The notes: generated by a model not told the origin, from the sequence alone. Numbered from the stretch's first letter, positions 47,699 through 58,424 are shown. The stretch: DNA of 64,000 bases from Candidatus Aminicenantes bacterium (GCA_014727835.1 WJMT01000129.1:73618-137617), one strand, 5' to 3'. Numbers and translations: made by a program.

Positions 47699-49696
47699 TT
47701 AAAAAACCGGGGTTCCGACTATCTCACCGGGAATGGGAATCCTGAATATTTTGAGTATAGTGGGAGATAGGTCGTAAAGAGCCGGATTTGCTTTTTTGAT
47801 TTTCCGATTGGCAAGGAATATACCCGGAATGACTTGAGGGGCCATACAATGATCCCCACTCCATTTATCCTGATTGTCTTCAAGGATTTTTTTGGGAATC
47901 CGCCCAAGGGGAGAAGCCCAGGATATGCGGTAGCCTCTGTTGAAGCCAAGGATGATATCAGGGGAATAGGTGGTTTGATTTCCTGAATACACTTTATCGG
48001 CCACAAAGGCTTTGAGCACGACTTTTTCTCCGGTTTGAGGGTCCCTGAATTTTTCAAGTTTCCCTGCGATTTCATAGACCAGGTTGTCTTTCTCTGCGCC
48101 TGGTGAAACAATGCCTTGGGATTCTCTGTTTTTCTGATTGATATATAAACCGTTGAGACCCAAGGCATAGGCTTTTGTGTGTCCCCAGTCTGTGTTCATG
48201 AACAAGCTATCCTCACCCTGGTTCCGTTCATTGATGAGTCTATGATAGCCGTTTTCTTTGAGCCAAGTATTGATGTGGAACTGACGGCGGAAGGGAGTGA
48301 AACCATGGTCAGATATTGCCATGACAATGGTGTCTTTATCCGCTTTTTTCAGTGTTTGGTCCAAGACCATATCTGCGGTTTGGTAGATATTGAAGATAGT
48401 GTCTTTATAGTGAGAGGCCAATTTTTCGTCATAAAGGGGGCTGGATGCATCGATATGCCTCCAGAACATATGCTGTCTCTGGTCTGTGGATGAAAAATAG
48501 TAAAACAGGACTCCGGAATCAAAGCGGTTCAATTCATAGTCAAACATTTTCAGACGTTCTTCCAACACTATGTCGTCTTGTTCCAGAAATTCTCCGTCAT
48601 TTAAAAATCCATTAGTCAGGGCACTGGTGTCAGCAGGGAGACCTTTGGTGAAAAAGGGCCCGAATTCTTTTTCCAGTTCTTTGGAATATGATTTTGGCGT
48701 GGATAGGGGAAGGACGGGATCTGCGGGATCGATGTTAATGGGTGATATGTAGAGTTTGAATTCAGGACGGACTTGTTTGACATAAAAATTGCAGATTCCC
48801 TGTACTGATTGAGTGGGAATCATATTGAAATGGATTTTTTTCCAATTGCTCCATTCTCCTTCTCTCAAAATGAATTCATGATTCTGAATTTTGATTTTAA
48901 CCACCGGGTTGACAGGGTCTAAATAAACCACAAAATCAACAGAGGTCTCTGGATGCTCTTTTTTGAATGGATTATCAGGACCAGGCAGTTTGGCATGCAC
49001 CTGGTTTCCGATGACATAGACTTCGTGAACTCTGGCCCCTCCGATATCGGGATCTACCTCAGTAGATTGGGTGGTGTAAAAATTGCAAATGCCATAGGTT
49101 CCGAGGATATCCGGTGTCCCCATGCCGGACAAGGTCCTCTGTTTTGTGGGAGCCGGAGGATAATTGGAAGGGATTTTAAACACTGTGCTGGGGATATCAT
49201 AGTCCTCTAGGATCTGCCACCAGGCTCGGCCTTTTCTGAGGAGCTGCACATCCCCTTTGGAGAGAGGGAATTCATAACCGTTGATGGATATGGTCTTGGC
49301 CGCTTCCGATGTTTTGGATGCAGAAAAGATGGGAATATAGGTCTCCGGGTCTCTGTGGATAAAATCATAGATCCCATGGCCCCCGGGATTCATACCGGTT
49401 ATAAAGTTTGACCAGGCCACAGGGCTTTGAGGGGGACAGCTGGTCTTCAACGTTCGGAAATCTCCTGACTCCCGCAACCGTTGAAAGGCCGGAAGCTTTC
49501 CCTGATCCATCCAACCTTTCAGCAGGTGGGGATCGACTCCGTCAAAACCCAGGATAATGACCTTGTTCCGGGTTGCTTTTTGCCCCGGGACCTGAGTCAA
49601 AACCTGAGAGGGAGACAGAGCGAGCAAAGATCCTGCAGCAAGGCTTTTTTTGAGAAACTCTCTTCGATTTATTTGATTTGGTTTGCTTTTTATTTT
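47699..49696 (-). CDS. TAT-exported alkaline-phosphatase-superfamily protein, nucleotide pyrophosphatase/phosphodiesterase (NPP)-like
   Basis: TAT signal NRREFLKKSLAAGSLLAL. Core ILGFDGVDP...SPVAWSNFITGMNPGGHGIYDF and ISDHGF blocks resemble the NPP/Phosphodiest family. Start set at MKIKSK. Confidence 0.78.
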   Translation of the reverse strand, partial: KIKSKPNQINRREFLKKSLAAGSLLALSPSQVLTQVPGQKATRNKVIILGFDGVDPHLLKGWMDQGKLPAFQRLRESGDFRTLKTSCPPQSPVAWSNFITGMNPGGHGIYDFIHRDPETYIPIFSASKTSEAAKTISINGYEFPLSKGDVQLLRKGRAWWQILEDYDIPSTVFKIPSNYPPAPTKQRTLSGMGTPDILGTYGICNFYTTQSTEVDPDIGGARVHEVYVIGNQVHAKLPGPDNPFKKEHPETSVDFVVYLDPVNPVVKIKIQNHEFILREGEWSNWKKIHFNMIPTQSVQGICNFYVKQVRPEFKLYISPINIDPADPVLPLSTPKSYSKELEKEFGPFFTKGLPADTSALTNGFLNDGEFLEQDDIVLEERLKMFDYELNRFDSGVLFYYFSSTDQRQHMFWRHIDASSPLYDEKLASHYKDTIFNIYQTADMVLDQTLKKADKDTIVMAISDHGFTPFRRQFHINTWLKENGYHRLINERNQGEDSLFMNTDWGHTKAYALGLNGLYINQKNRESQGIVSPGAEKDNLVYEIAGKLEKFRDPQTGEKVVLKAFVADKVYSGNQTTYSPDIILGFNRGYRISWASPLGRIPKKILEDNQDKWSGDHCMAPQVIPGIFLANRKIKKANPALYDLSPTILKIFRIPIPGEIVGTPVF

Positions 49697-49749
49697 CATG
49701 GTAACACTTCCATTGCATTTTAACATGAAATGGATGGGATGTGTATGTT

Positions 49750-51831
49750 TCAAATCAGAGAAGATCCATCCATGTGTTCTGGGGGATGGATGCCGAACAG
49801 CTTCAAAATGGTGGGTGCGATGTCCACAATGCCTGTTTGCTGTTTGTTGATTTTGCGGTCGCAGAATAAAATCCCAGGAACAAGTGCCGGATCAATGCAG
49901 TGGTCTCCACTCCATGCTTTGGTGTTGTCCTGGAACAGCGTGGAATCGACTTTTCCGGTCACTGAATCCCAAGACACCCTGTATCCTTCGTGGTATCCCA
50001 CAATAAGGTCAGGGCAATTCCCTTTGTAAGGACCAGGGGGGATCTCGTCACGGTCATATATCTTGTTTATGGCATTTTGGTTCTCTTCTTCGTCTTTCAG
50101 GTGTTCTAACTTTGATTTCAATTCCGATTTGAGTGATTGGTATTCTTCTCCCAGGCTCACAATTCCCTGCTGCTCTCTGCCTTTCACGTTGATATAGATT
50201 CCTCCCAAGCCCAGTCCATAAGCTCTGGTGTTTTTCCAATCCACATCCTTGAACCATTCTCTGGAATGAGTTTTTCCTTGTTTCAAGCTCAAGTAATTGT
50301 TTTTGTAAAGCCATGAATTGATATTCACACCCCTTTTGAATTGTTTGAATCCATGGTCAGACATAACGATCAAACATGAATTTTTTTCCTGTTTGTCCAT
50401 CACACGTCCCACAAGATCATCCATTTCCATATAGAGTTTTTCTATGATTTTTTCATCCTTCTCACATTGGGTGTGTTTCAGAGCAGGATGATTTTTGTCT
50501 AAATACCGAAAAAACATGTGCTGAACACTGTCTGTCAGCTGGAACCAGCAAGCGACCAATCCTTTACGGGTTTTTTTGAGTGCATTGAACAGCATGCTTT
50601 CAGATTCTTTGTGAGTGTCATAACAGAGTTTGAGAAAGGTGTCTTCATCCAGGATTTGTTCGTTCAGAGCCCAGGTGTCATCAGCTTCTCCCAGGGTATT
50701 GTACGAGCCCAGAATTTTTGCCAAATAGACAGAGTAAATAAAGGGATGAGAAATGGGTAAAGAGGGTTTTTCCGGGTCTATGTTCAAGGGGCTCAAGTAC
50801 ATCTTGAATTCAGGTGAGATCTCAGAGACATAAAATCGGCAGATAGCTCTGATTTTTATTCCCAGCCCTGGTTTGAAAGTGATTTTTATCCAATCTGACA
50901 GTTGGTTTGTATTCAGGTGATGTGTTTGGCCTGAGACACGGATGGACACAGAGTTGTTCTTTTTGTGAAGATCTATGGTTATGGGCAAACGGATTTCTTT
51001 TTCCTCTTTACGAAGTGAATTGACCGGTCCTGAGATGTATGTCTGGACTTGATTCCCATGGATTTTGACAGGTATGACCATACCTCCTTCTCCAATATCT
51101 GTTTTTTCTGAACTGTAATAGGAGAAAGTCCCCTGACTGCCTTTGAGGTCAGGAGCGCACATTCCTGAAATGAGATGGCCTTTGAATTTTTCCGGGGGAA
51201 ATGTGATGGGGATCCGCAGGATGGTGCTGAAGATGCTGTTTTCCCCTAAGATCTTCCAGAAGGGGATGCTTTTTCTGAGGCCTTTGATCACAGGTTTTGA
51301 CAAGGGGATTTTGTACGGGCCCAAGGACAGCACTCGTTTTGGACCCTGGATTTGAGCTGATGACAGGTCTGGCATATAGGTGTTGGGATCCCGGCTGAGA
51401 AAGTCAAAGATATTGTGTTTCGCGGGATGACATCCGGTCATAAACGAAGACCAAGCCACAGGTGATATGGACGGGATGGTGGTGTCCAGTCTTTTGTATG
51501 TGCCCTTTTGTTTGAGTGTGTTGAGGTTGGGCAGCTTTCCCTGTTCTAAGAATTTTTCCAAAAGAGTGGGTTCCATTCCATCAAGACCCACCACAATCAC
51601 TTGGTCGACTAGGCTGTTTTTATATGATTTTCTTCCTTTGACCAATTTGAACAGAAACCGAAACGGCCAGGAAAGAAGTGAAAATACGGCCAGAAGAAAA
51701 GTGAGAAAAAAGACCAGAAAAGAGGACAGAAAAGCGAATCCGGCTCCGGGCCCGATGTATGCGGACAGAGAAACAGGAAGAGCCAGCAGGCCTCCGAAAA
51801 ATAAAACGATCAGAAGTTTGTTTTTGTTCAT
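49750..51831 (-). CDS. NPP-like alkaline-phosphatase-superfamily protein, membrane-anchored paralog
   Basis: N-terminal TM helices. Conserved VVGLDGMEP...SPVAWSSFMTGCHPAKHNIFDF and MSDHGF blocks. Paralogous to the flanking genes. Confidence 0.78.
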   Translation of the reverse strand: MNKNKLLIVLFFGGLLALPVSLSAYIGPGAGFAFLSSFLVFFLTFLLAVFSLLSWPFRFLFKLVKGRKSYKNSLVDQVIVVGLDGMEPTLLEKFLEQGKLPNLNTLKQKGTYKRLDTTIPSISPVAWSSFMTGCHPAKHNIFDFLSRDPNTYMPDLSSAQIQGPKRVLSLGPYKIPLSKPVIKGLRKSIPFWKILGENSIFSTILRIPITFPPEKFKGHLISGMCAPDLKGSQGTFSYYSSEKTDIGEGGMVIPVKIHGNQVQTYISGPVNSLRKEEKEIRLPITIDLHKKNNSVSIRVSGQTHHLNTNQLSDWIKITFKPGLGIKIRAICRFYVSEISPEFKMYLSPLNIDPEKPSLPISHPFIYSVYLAKILGSYNTLGEADDTWALNEQILDEDTFLKLCYDTHKESESMLFNALKKTRKGLVACWFQLTDSVQHMFFRYLDKNHPALKHTQCEKDEKIIEKLYMEMDDLVGRVMDKQEKNSCLIVMSDHGFKQFKRGVNINSWLYKNNYLSLKQGKTHSREWFKDVDWKNTRAYGLGLGGIYINVKGREQQGIVSLGEEYQSLKSELKSKLEHLKDEEENQNAINKIYDRDEIPPGPYKGNCPDLIVGYHEGYRVSWDSVTGKVDSTLFQDNTKAWSGDHCIDPALVPGILFCDRKINKQQTGIVDIAPTILKLFGIHPPEHMDGSSLI

Positions 51832-53132
51832 TGGATATCGTCAAATCCATGAAGTATGATTCTGGTAAGGTCTGAAATGCACAGCTCTGAGCCATGGTCT
51901 TTTTGGGACCAGAAAAACGCCTCATCCCAGGTGTGCATCCCCTGGAGATCGGATCGGTCAAACACGTCCGTTTTTTTTAGGGAGCCCTTCATGTCAAAAC
52001 CGTGTTTGGAAAGAACGACCAAGTCAGGCCCATACTCTTTTTCACTGCCTGAATAGATTTGGTCCGCATCATAGATCTTTTGGATGACCTTCTCTCCGTC
52101 ATACTCCAGTTTTTCTAATTTTTTGGTGATTTCTTTTTTTAAGGCTTGTTTTTCTGTTTTTTTGACCTGGCCTTTGGGAAATCTTTGTTCGACATGGATA
52201 TAAATGCGGTTGGGGTCCATGGCAAAGGCCTTGGTTTCCGGAGTCATTTCATTCAGTTTTTGGGGAGTCTTGTTTTCAAAAGACAAATATCCATTGTCTT
52301 TAAGCCAGGCATTCAAATAGACTTCCTGTTTGATTCCTGTAAAACCATGGTCTGATAGAAGATACAAACCTTCATAACCTCTGGTGGCTTTGTGAAAAGC
52401 GGAGACAATTTTTCCAACCGTCTGATCCACCCGTTGGAAATACTCCAGAAAGTTTTTATGAAACGGATGGGATTCATCCTCATAGGCATCCCATAAAAAA
52501 TGCATCAGTCTGTCTGTCCCAGTGATGACAAATTCAAAATAATCCCAGTTATCCTTCCAGAATATCTCCCAGGCTTTTTCTCTCCCCTTTAAAGTCTTAT
52601 GGAGTTCTTTCCATAAAAACTCATGATCTTCTCTTGCCTTATATGTGTCGATATCGATTTGATATTCCATCTTTTCCAATACTGGTTTTACGGATAAGGG
52701 ATACACTGCTTTGGATAATTCAATGGCCACAAAACCTGAAACCAGCTTTCCATTGATTTTCCTGGCAGGATAGGTTGAGGGCTGGTTGATGACTATGGAT
52801 TTTTTTTCTTTTTTGCTCAGTTTGTCCCAGAGGGTTGCTGCTTTGACATCCAGGAAATTAGGAAATTTGAGGTCATATGAATTTTTTTTTATATCAGTGA
52901 ACCCAAAAATTCCATGGGTCCCTGAATTTGTTCCGGTCATGAAATCTGTCCAGGAAACTGCTGAGATTTCCGGAAGGCTGGCTTTCATTTTGTGAAGATG
53001 ACCTGATTGGATGAGGTTTGAAAAAGAAGGCATAATATTTTTTTTGGCCAGGTTGTTAATAAGAGGGAAGGGCACTCCATCTAGGCCGATGACACACACT
53101 CTTTTTTTCTTCTTTTTTCTGAAAAATATCAT
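51828..53132 (-). CDS. NPP-like alkaline-phosphatase-superfamily protein, short cytoplasmic-type paralog
   Basis: 434 aa. VIGLDGVPF...SAVSWTDFMTGTNSGTHGIFGF and LSDHGF blocks. No signal peptide. Confidence 0.72.
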   Translation of the reverse strand: MIFFRKKKKKRVCVIGLDGVPFPLINNLAKKNIMPSFSNLIQSGHLHKMKASLPEISAVSWTDFMTGTNSGTHGIFGFTDIKKNSYDLKFPNFLDVKAATLWDKLSKKEKKSIVINQPSTYPARKINGKLVSGFVAIELSKAVYPLSVKPVLEKMEYQIDIDTYKAREDHEFLWKELHKTLKGREKAWEIFWKDNWDYFEFVITGTDRLMHFLWDAYEDESHPFHKNFLEYFQRVDQTVGKIVSAFHKATRGYEGLYLLSDHGFTGIKQEVYLNAWLKDNGYLSFENKTPQKLNEMTPETKAFAMDPNRIYIHVEQRFPKGQVKKTEKQALKKEITKKLEKLEYDGEKVIQKIYDADQIYSGSEKEYGPDLVVLSKHGFDMKGSLKKTDVFDRSDLQGMHTWDEAFFWSQKDHGSELCISDLTRIILHGFDDIQ

Positions 53133-53207
53133 GGAATTTTCCTTGAATTAAAGGTATCTATTATATAGGAAGTGAGGGTAAAGTCAATTAATCTTGAAGT
53201 CAGGATT

Positions 53208-54644
53208 TCATTCGGCTTCAGCTACAAAATAATCTGCGGTCCGGATGCCGTATTGGCTTTCATCCAGGGTTTTGATCAGAGTTCTTAGGTATTTGTCATT
53301 CTTATCTTTTTCTGTCAGGTCCACAATGTCCCCATCTATTTTATTTCCACTTTGATCTGAAATCAGCTTCACCTTGGGCCTGAGGAAATGTTTGGATTGT
53401 TCGTTTCTTTCAAACACAATGCCCACTTCTCCGGTGTCAAGAAGAACCAATGATCCGATGGGGCAAACTCCAACCATATCCGCAAATATTTTAAGGATCA
53501 CAGAATCAAAATCACCGCTTCCTTTTTCCAGCATATAAGAAAGGGCTTCTTCCTTGGAAAAATTATGTTTCCGGTAGGGGCGGGAAGTGGTCATGGCATC
53601 GAAAACATCTGTGATTTTAACGATCTTGCTGAACAAGGCAATGGCTCTTTTTTTCACCAATTTTGGATAACCACGCTTTCCTTCTGATTCATGATGTTCG
53701 AGAGCCACATTCAAGGCGTCTAAAGGGAGATGGGATTTTCTTTTGAAATCAATCAGCTTTACAGCTCCGTAAAAAGTGTGTTTTTCAATGGTCTCTCTTT
53801 CGTTCTCATCCAGCTTGCCCGGCTTGAGCAAAATATCTTTGGGGATGTCCAGTTTTCCAAAATCATGTAAGAAAGCGGCCAGACCAAGGTCGACCAGTTC
53901 ATTTCTGTCAAGGCCTAGTTTTTTACCTAAAGATATGGAGAGAATGCAGACATTGACAGAATGGTTGAGAGTGTACTCATCAAAATTTTTTATGTTGGTC
54001 AAACCATGGATAAAGGATTCATTTTCTGTGATATGATTAAACAGAGACTGCATCAGTCTTTTGGTGGTCAAAAGAGATATCTGATCTTGAAGTTTTTCGT
54101 GACTTTGAAAGATTTCTTTCAAATGAGTGATGCCCATGAAAAAAACTTTTTTGGCATCTCTATTTTTTTTCTTAGTCTTTTCATAAAAAGGGATTTTTTC
54201 TGCGATTATTTTTTTGATATCTTTTTTTTTGAGTTCAGAGAGAAAATCCTCATACGGATTTTTTGGGTCATAGTCTTTTTTTGCCAAAAGAACAATGAAT
54301 GTGTTGAGCTCTTCTTTTGTGATTCCCGGAATGAAACTCAGTTCTCCAATTTCCTTTTTTTTGAATTCCTCCTGAATGAATTTGAATATATGGTAATCAG
54401 AATAACTGAATTTGAGCTTCCTCCCATTGAATTGCATGGAGTTTTGCTTAAGAGTTAAATACGCTTTCCCGTATGATTTGAGGGCGTTTTTGATCTGGTT
54501 CAACAGCATTTTGATCTGTCTCATGTATATGAAATTATTCGATTCATAGATAATTGAGGTGCGATAAGCTCTATTGATCCTGTAAACGATCCGGGTTCCA
54601 TCTTTGATCAGTTTAGGATCGGTTTTCATTTCCTCTTGATTCAT
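53208..54644 (-). CDS. HD-GYP domain c-di-GMP phosphodiesterase
   Basis: HD motif AAFLHDFGK and HHESEGKRGYP (GYP) motif. N-terminal regulatory domain of about 200 aa. Confidence 0.85.
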   Translation of the reverse strand: MNQEEMKTDPKLIKDGTRIVYRINRAYRTSIIYESNNFIYMRQIKMLLNQIKNALKSYGKAYLTLKQNSMQFNGRKLKFSYSDYHIFKFIQEEFKKKEIGELSFIPGITKEELNTFIVLLAKKDYDPKNPYEDFLSELKKKDIKKIIAEKIPFYEKTKKKNRDAKKVFFMGITHLKEIFQSHEKLQDQISLLTTKRLMQSLFNHITENESFIHGLTNIKNFDEYTLNHSVNVCILSISLGKKLGLDRNELVDLGLAAFLHDFGKLDIPKDILLKPGKLDENERETIEKHTFYGAVKLIDFKRKSHLPLDALNVALEHHESEGKRGYPKLVKKRAIALFSKIVKITDVFDAMTTSRPYRKHNFSKEEALSYMLEKGSGDFDSVILKIFADMVGVCPIGSLVLLDTGEVGIVFERNEQSKHFLRPKVKLISDQSGNKIDGDIVDLTEKDKNDKYLRTLIKTLDESQYGIRTADYFVAEAE

Positions 54645-54647
54645 AAA

Positions 54648-56384
54648 TCACTTCCCTGACGCGTGTTTGATGATTTTTTTGCATTGTTTTCTGATTTTTC
54701 TGTTTCTCGAGCGGATCCTTTTTTTTATGATCTCATACCCGTGAGGATCTTTGATTTGTTCCAGAGCAGAAAGGGCACAAAGTGCGTTTTCCTCCTTGGT
54801 TCCTCTGGAAAAAAAACCGGCTCTTTTGATAAACTGTTCCAAAACATCAAAAGCCTTTGGGCTTTTCGATCGAGCCAATGCCAGAAAAAGAGCTTGCTTT
54901 TGCCTTTGGCTTTGCTTTGAAAACTTTTTTTCTTTGACCTCTTCAAGAATTTTATGGAATACAGGATCTTTCTCATTCACATGGATGTTTTCTGAGGCCA
55001 GTGTTCTCAAGTCTGGATTTTCATGAGACAGAAGAGAGAAAAGTATTTTGTTTGCATTGGGATCTCGAAATGCTCCCAGAGCTTTGATGGAGGATTCAAG
55101 GACTTTTTTGTTTTGGAAGCTGAAGAAGCTGGCAAGATAGTTGACGGCTCTTTTTTCTTTTGAATCCCTGAGAATAGAAATGATCTCTAAAGTGAGTTCG
55201 GGTTTTTCATCCCGCGTGATTTTGATGAGCTCTGATAAATTTTGTTTTCCCACCTGTTTCAGAGTTTCAGTGATTTTGTTTTTTTGTTCGGTTTTTTTGA
55301 TCCGGTCATAGAGAAAGCTGAGTATAGGAATTGAATCTGATCCCAGCAAGGAAAGGTATTTCAGAAAAGCTTCAAAATCGTTTATAAGGTCTTTTTTCAT
55401 AAGCTGTTCAGTCTGCTGGAGGGTGATCCGAATTTGGGGGGATTCAAAAAACATTTGAACTGATTTTTCCCTGGCAGGATCGCTCTCAGATAGGTGTTTT
55501 TTGAGTTCCGTAATTTTCTGATATACAGAAAGAACAATGTGAAAATGTCCTGCGTTGATTTGCTGATTCATATATTGAATGATTTGTTTGACCAGGGATG
55601 TCACTTTTTCAGGACGCTTTTCCAGATACAGCACATCGAGCAAAAGGTTTTTGTACTGTGATTCTTCGGACTCTTTTCGGTGATTTTCAAGCAGAGCGGT
55701 GAGCCGCTCTTGATCTGATTTTGAGAGCTTGATTTCTTGAGAGTCTTTGTTTTGATCATATTCTTTATGCTCAGCACCCTGTTTTGTTTCCAATGCAGAT
55801 CTGTCTTGAGGGCTCAGACTGATTTTACCTGAAAAGAGTTTTTTTTTGTCCACTTTGTATTCCGGGATTTGCAAACCGGCTCCGATTTTGGTTTCCAGAT
55901 AATCATCGGGAGCAAAATACCGGATGAATGAGAAATCCCGTTCCCATAAAGAAATCACAATATCACTTTCTTCAGGAGGAGAAGAAGCATCTTTCTTCAT
56001 GATCTCAATAAAATCTTTGAGTTCTTCCCTTGGCAAACCTTTATAGAAAAACAGCATTTTGAGTCCGTCTTTATAAAAAAGAAACGGCATGCTTTTGGAT
56101 ATCTGTTTGTCTGTGTAAAAGGGGACTCCTTTAAAAGTGAACGAAAATTCTTTGATTCCGATTTCCAGCTTCCAGTGTTTTTCCAGATATTCGGATAATC
56201 TATCGTGAAGAAGGTCTATAAAAGATTCCACATTTTCATGACCGGAAGAAAATATTTTCATCTGAGAAAATGTTTTTTCGATGTGCTTGATGATCGCCTT
56301 GATATGGTCTAACTGCTTTTTGTCCACATCCTGATGTTCCTTGGCTGATGCAGATCCAGAGAAATCATCTGTTTGGTTGCTCAA
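54648..56384 (-). CDS. Hypothetical protein with C-terminal HEAT/PBS-lyase-like repeats
   Basis: 578 aa. Repeated DP-x-x-R/alanine-leucine helical motifs in the C-terminal third (NPDLRTLASENI, ALSALEQIKDPHGYEI). 3-nt gap to the HD-GYP gene. Confidence 0.55.
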   Translation of the reverse strand: MSNQTDDFSGSASAKEHQDVDKKQLDHIKAIIKHIEKTFSQMKIFSSGHENVESFIDLLHDRLSEYLEKHWKLEIGIKEFSFTFKGVPFYTDKQISKSMPFLFYKDGLKMLFFYKGLPREELKDFIEIMKKDASSPPEESDIVISLWERDFSFIRYFAPDDYLETKIGAGLQIPEYKVDKKKLFSGKISLSPQDRSALETKQGAEHKEYDQNKDSQEIKLSKSDQERLTALLENHRKESEESQYKNLLLDVLYLEKRPEKVTSLVKQIIQYMNQQINAGHFHIVLSVYQKITELKKHLSESDPAREKSVQMFFESPQIRITLQQTEQLMKKDLINDFEAFLKYLSLLGSDSIPILSFLYDRIKKTEQKNKITETLKQVGKQNLSELIKITRDEKPELTLEIISILRDSKEKRAVNYLASFFSFQNKKVLESSIKALGAFRDPNANKILFSLLSHENPDLRTLASENIHVNEKDPVFHKILEEVKEKKFSKQSQRQKQALFLALARSKSPKAFDVLEQFIKRAGFFSRGTKEENALCALSALEQIKDPHGYEIIKKRIRSRNRKIRKQCKKIIKHASGK

Positions 56385-56540
56385 AATATGTCCCTTTCAC
56401 ACAAGGCTTTATTTATACTTTTATTTGAATGAATGTCAAGGAATCAATCAAAAAGCAGAGTTGAGAATAGAAAATTGAAAAGATCATTCATTCGGATTAG
56501 AATAATACCAACTTTTTTGAAAGCAAGGAGGAACTCTGTG

Positions 56541-57116
56541 ATGAGCTTTTATGATTTGATCGTTTCAAGGAGGACGGTGCGTCAGTTTCAGCAGAATCCT
56601 ATTGATGAGGGAATTCTAAAAGCCATGGTGAATGCAGGTCGGCTGGCACCCTCTGCAGCCAATCATCAGCCTTTGGAATTTGTAGTGGTTACTGAAAAAT
56701 ATCTTTGTCAAAAAATCTATCCTTTTTTGAAATGGGCGGCTTATATAGCCCCTGAGGGAGATCCAAAGCCGGGAAAACAACCGGTTTCATATATTGTGAC
56801 ACTGGTGAATAAGCAGATCAAAACAGATGGATACCAATGGGATGTGGGAGCGGCCAATGAGAACATGATTCTGGCGGGATGGGAAAAAGGAATTGCCAGC
56901 TGCTGGCTTTTATCTGTAAACAGGAAGGAAGTGACAAAAATACTGGATATCCCGAATCATTATTTACTGGACTCTGTTTTGGCCCTGGGATATCCGGAAG
57001 AAGATCCTGTGGCGGAAGATATGGACAAATCTGTCAAATACTGGAAGGATGGGAACGGGCGGCTTCATGTTCCCAAGAGAAAGCTGGATCAGGTGATTCA
57101 TTTCAATGGATTTTAG
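56541..57116 (+). CDS. Nitroreductase family protein
   Basis: RRTVRQF...AGRLAPSAANHQPLEFVVV signature. AAGGAGG RBS 9 nt upstream of ATG 56541. The ORF-track start 56433 is an upstream extension. Confidence 0.8.
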   Translation: MSFYDLIVSRRTVRQFQQNPIDEGILKAMVNAGRLAPSAANHQPLEFVVVTEKYLCQKIYPFLKWAAYIAPEGDPKPGKQPVSYIVTLVNKQIKTDGYQWDVGAANENMILAGWEKGIASCWLLSVNRKEVTKILDIPNHYLLDSVLALGYPEEDPVAEDMDKSVKYWKDGNGRLHVPKRKLDQVIHFNGF

Positions 57117-57124
57117 CCCAGCGC

Positions 57125-58285
57125 TCAAATCTCTCCGCTCACAGCAAACATCCGGATTTCCTTGATCGTTTTTCCTTTCAAACCTAAGTTGTCGACAGTC
57201 CGGCCATTTTCCCAAAAATCGATCCCTCTCATGATGCAAGCGCAGTGAATGATCAGGTCAATAGTGGGGGTTTCCACTTTGAGCAATTTTCCTAAAGAAG
57301 AAAGAGTCACCAGACTCATAGGAACATCTTCATCAATGTATCTGTGATGAAGCCTGTCAGGTGCTTTGATTCCAAGATAGCCCGGATTGTCATGAATGGC
57401 TTCATAAAGGTCTTTTCCTGTGGCACTGTATGCGGTATAGAGCCAGTTTTTTGCGCTCATGGCCTTGATACCAAGAGCTGCCGCTACCTGAAGCCTTTCC
57501 TTGTCAATGGCTTCCAAGACTTTGGATACAGATTCACTGGCACCCTGGATGTAATATTCGAAATCTCCATGAGTCTCCTCTATCCAGGCCGCATTGAGAA
57601 CAGTGAGCGCTGGATGGAAAACCGCTCCGATATTGTTGAAGCTTGTTTTAAAGATGTTGTCCCCAGGAACAAATTGAGGGTAGGCTACATTCAGGACCTT
57701 CACCACACCCGGGATCCAGTAAGCAGGGAGTGTGGCAACCGGAAGAGAATTCTTAATGCCGAAAATTTTTGCATGAGCAGGTCCAATGGCGCGTGAAGCA
57801 TAAATGAAGGTCTGAGCTTCTGCAATGAATGGGAATGATTTCACCCCTTTTTCCTTAAGGACCTGGAAGAATTCCAATGAACCCAGAGTTCGTCCGGGAT
57901 TGAGCACAACGATTTGGTTTTCTTTCAAATAAGGGGCACAGGTTTCTGCCATGAAGCGGTGTCCAAGTGCAGGGACTGCAACCATAATGACATCCACACC
58001 TTCCAAACATTCATCTATCTTGCTGGAAGCAATGTTGATTTCACCAACACCTTCCACTTCACCTTCTACTTTGATACTGCCGCGCTCTTTAACGGGGAGG
58101 ATTTTATTTCGTCCCCTGTTGTATAGGTTGACTTGAAATCCCATGATAGCCAAATGTCCGGCCATTGCCAGACCTCCGTGGCCTGCAGCGAGCACGCAAA
58201 ATTTGATATCTTTGGGATTTTTAGTGATCAGTTTTTTTAAATATTTTTTTCGTCTTGCATCTGCTTTTGCACTTCTTTGAATCAT
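57125..58285 (-). CDS. NAD(P)-dependent opine (octopine/nopaline) dehydrogenase family protein
   Basis: N-terminal Rossmann motif VLAAGHGGLAMAGHLA. 386 aa. Confidence 0.7.
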   Translation of the reverse strand: MIQRSAKADARRKKYLKKLITKNPKDIKFCVLAAGHGGLAMAGHLAIMGFQVNLYNRGRNKILPVKERGSIKVEGEVEGVGEINIASSKIDECLEGVDVIMVAVPALGHRFMAETCAPYLKENQIVVLNPGRTLGSLEFFQVLKEKGVKSFPFIAEAQTFIYASRAIGPAHAKIFGIKNSLPVATLPAYWIPGVVKVLNVAYPQFVPGDNIFKTSFNNIGAVFHPALTVLNAAWIEETHGDFEYYIQGASESVSKVLEAIDKERLQVAAALGIKAMSAKNWLYTAYSATGKDLYEAIHDNPGYLGIKAPDRLHHRYIDEDVPMSLVTLSSLGKLLKVETPTIDLIIHCACIMRGIDFWENGRTVDNLGLKGKTIKEIRMFAVSGEI

Positions 58286-58424
58286 TTTTCACTCCTCATT
58301 TGTGTTTTCAGAATTGAAGAGGATATCCCGTTATATTAAAAATCCAAGCCAATTTACTTATTGATAGGAAACTTATTTTTCAAGAAATATTTTAATAAAA
58401 AAAACAGATAATGGCAATCATTTT

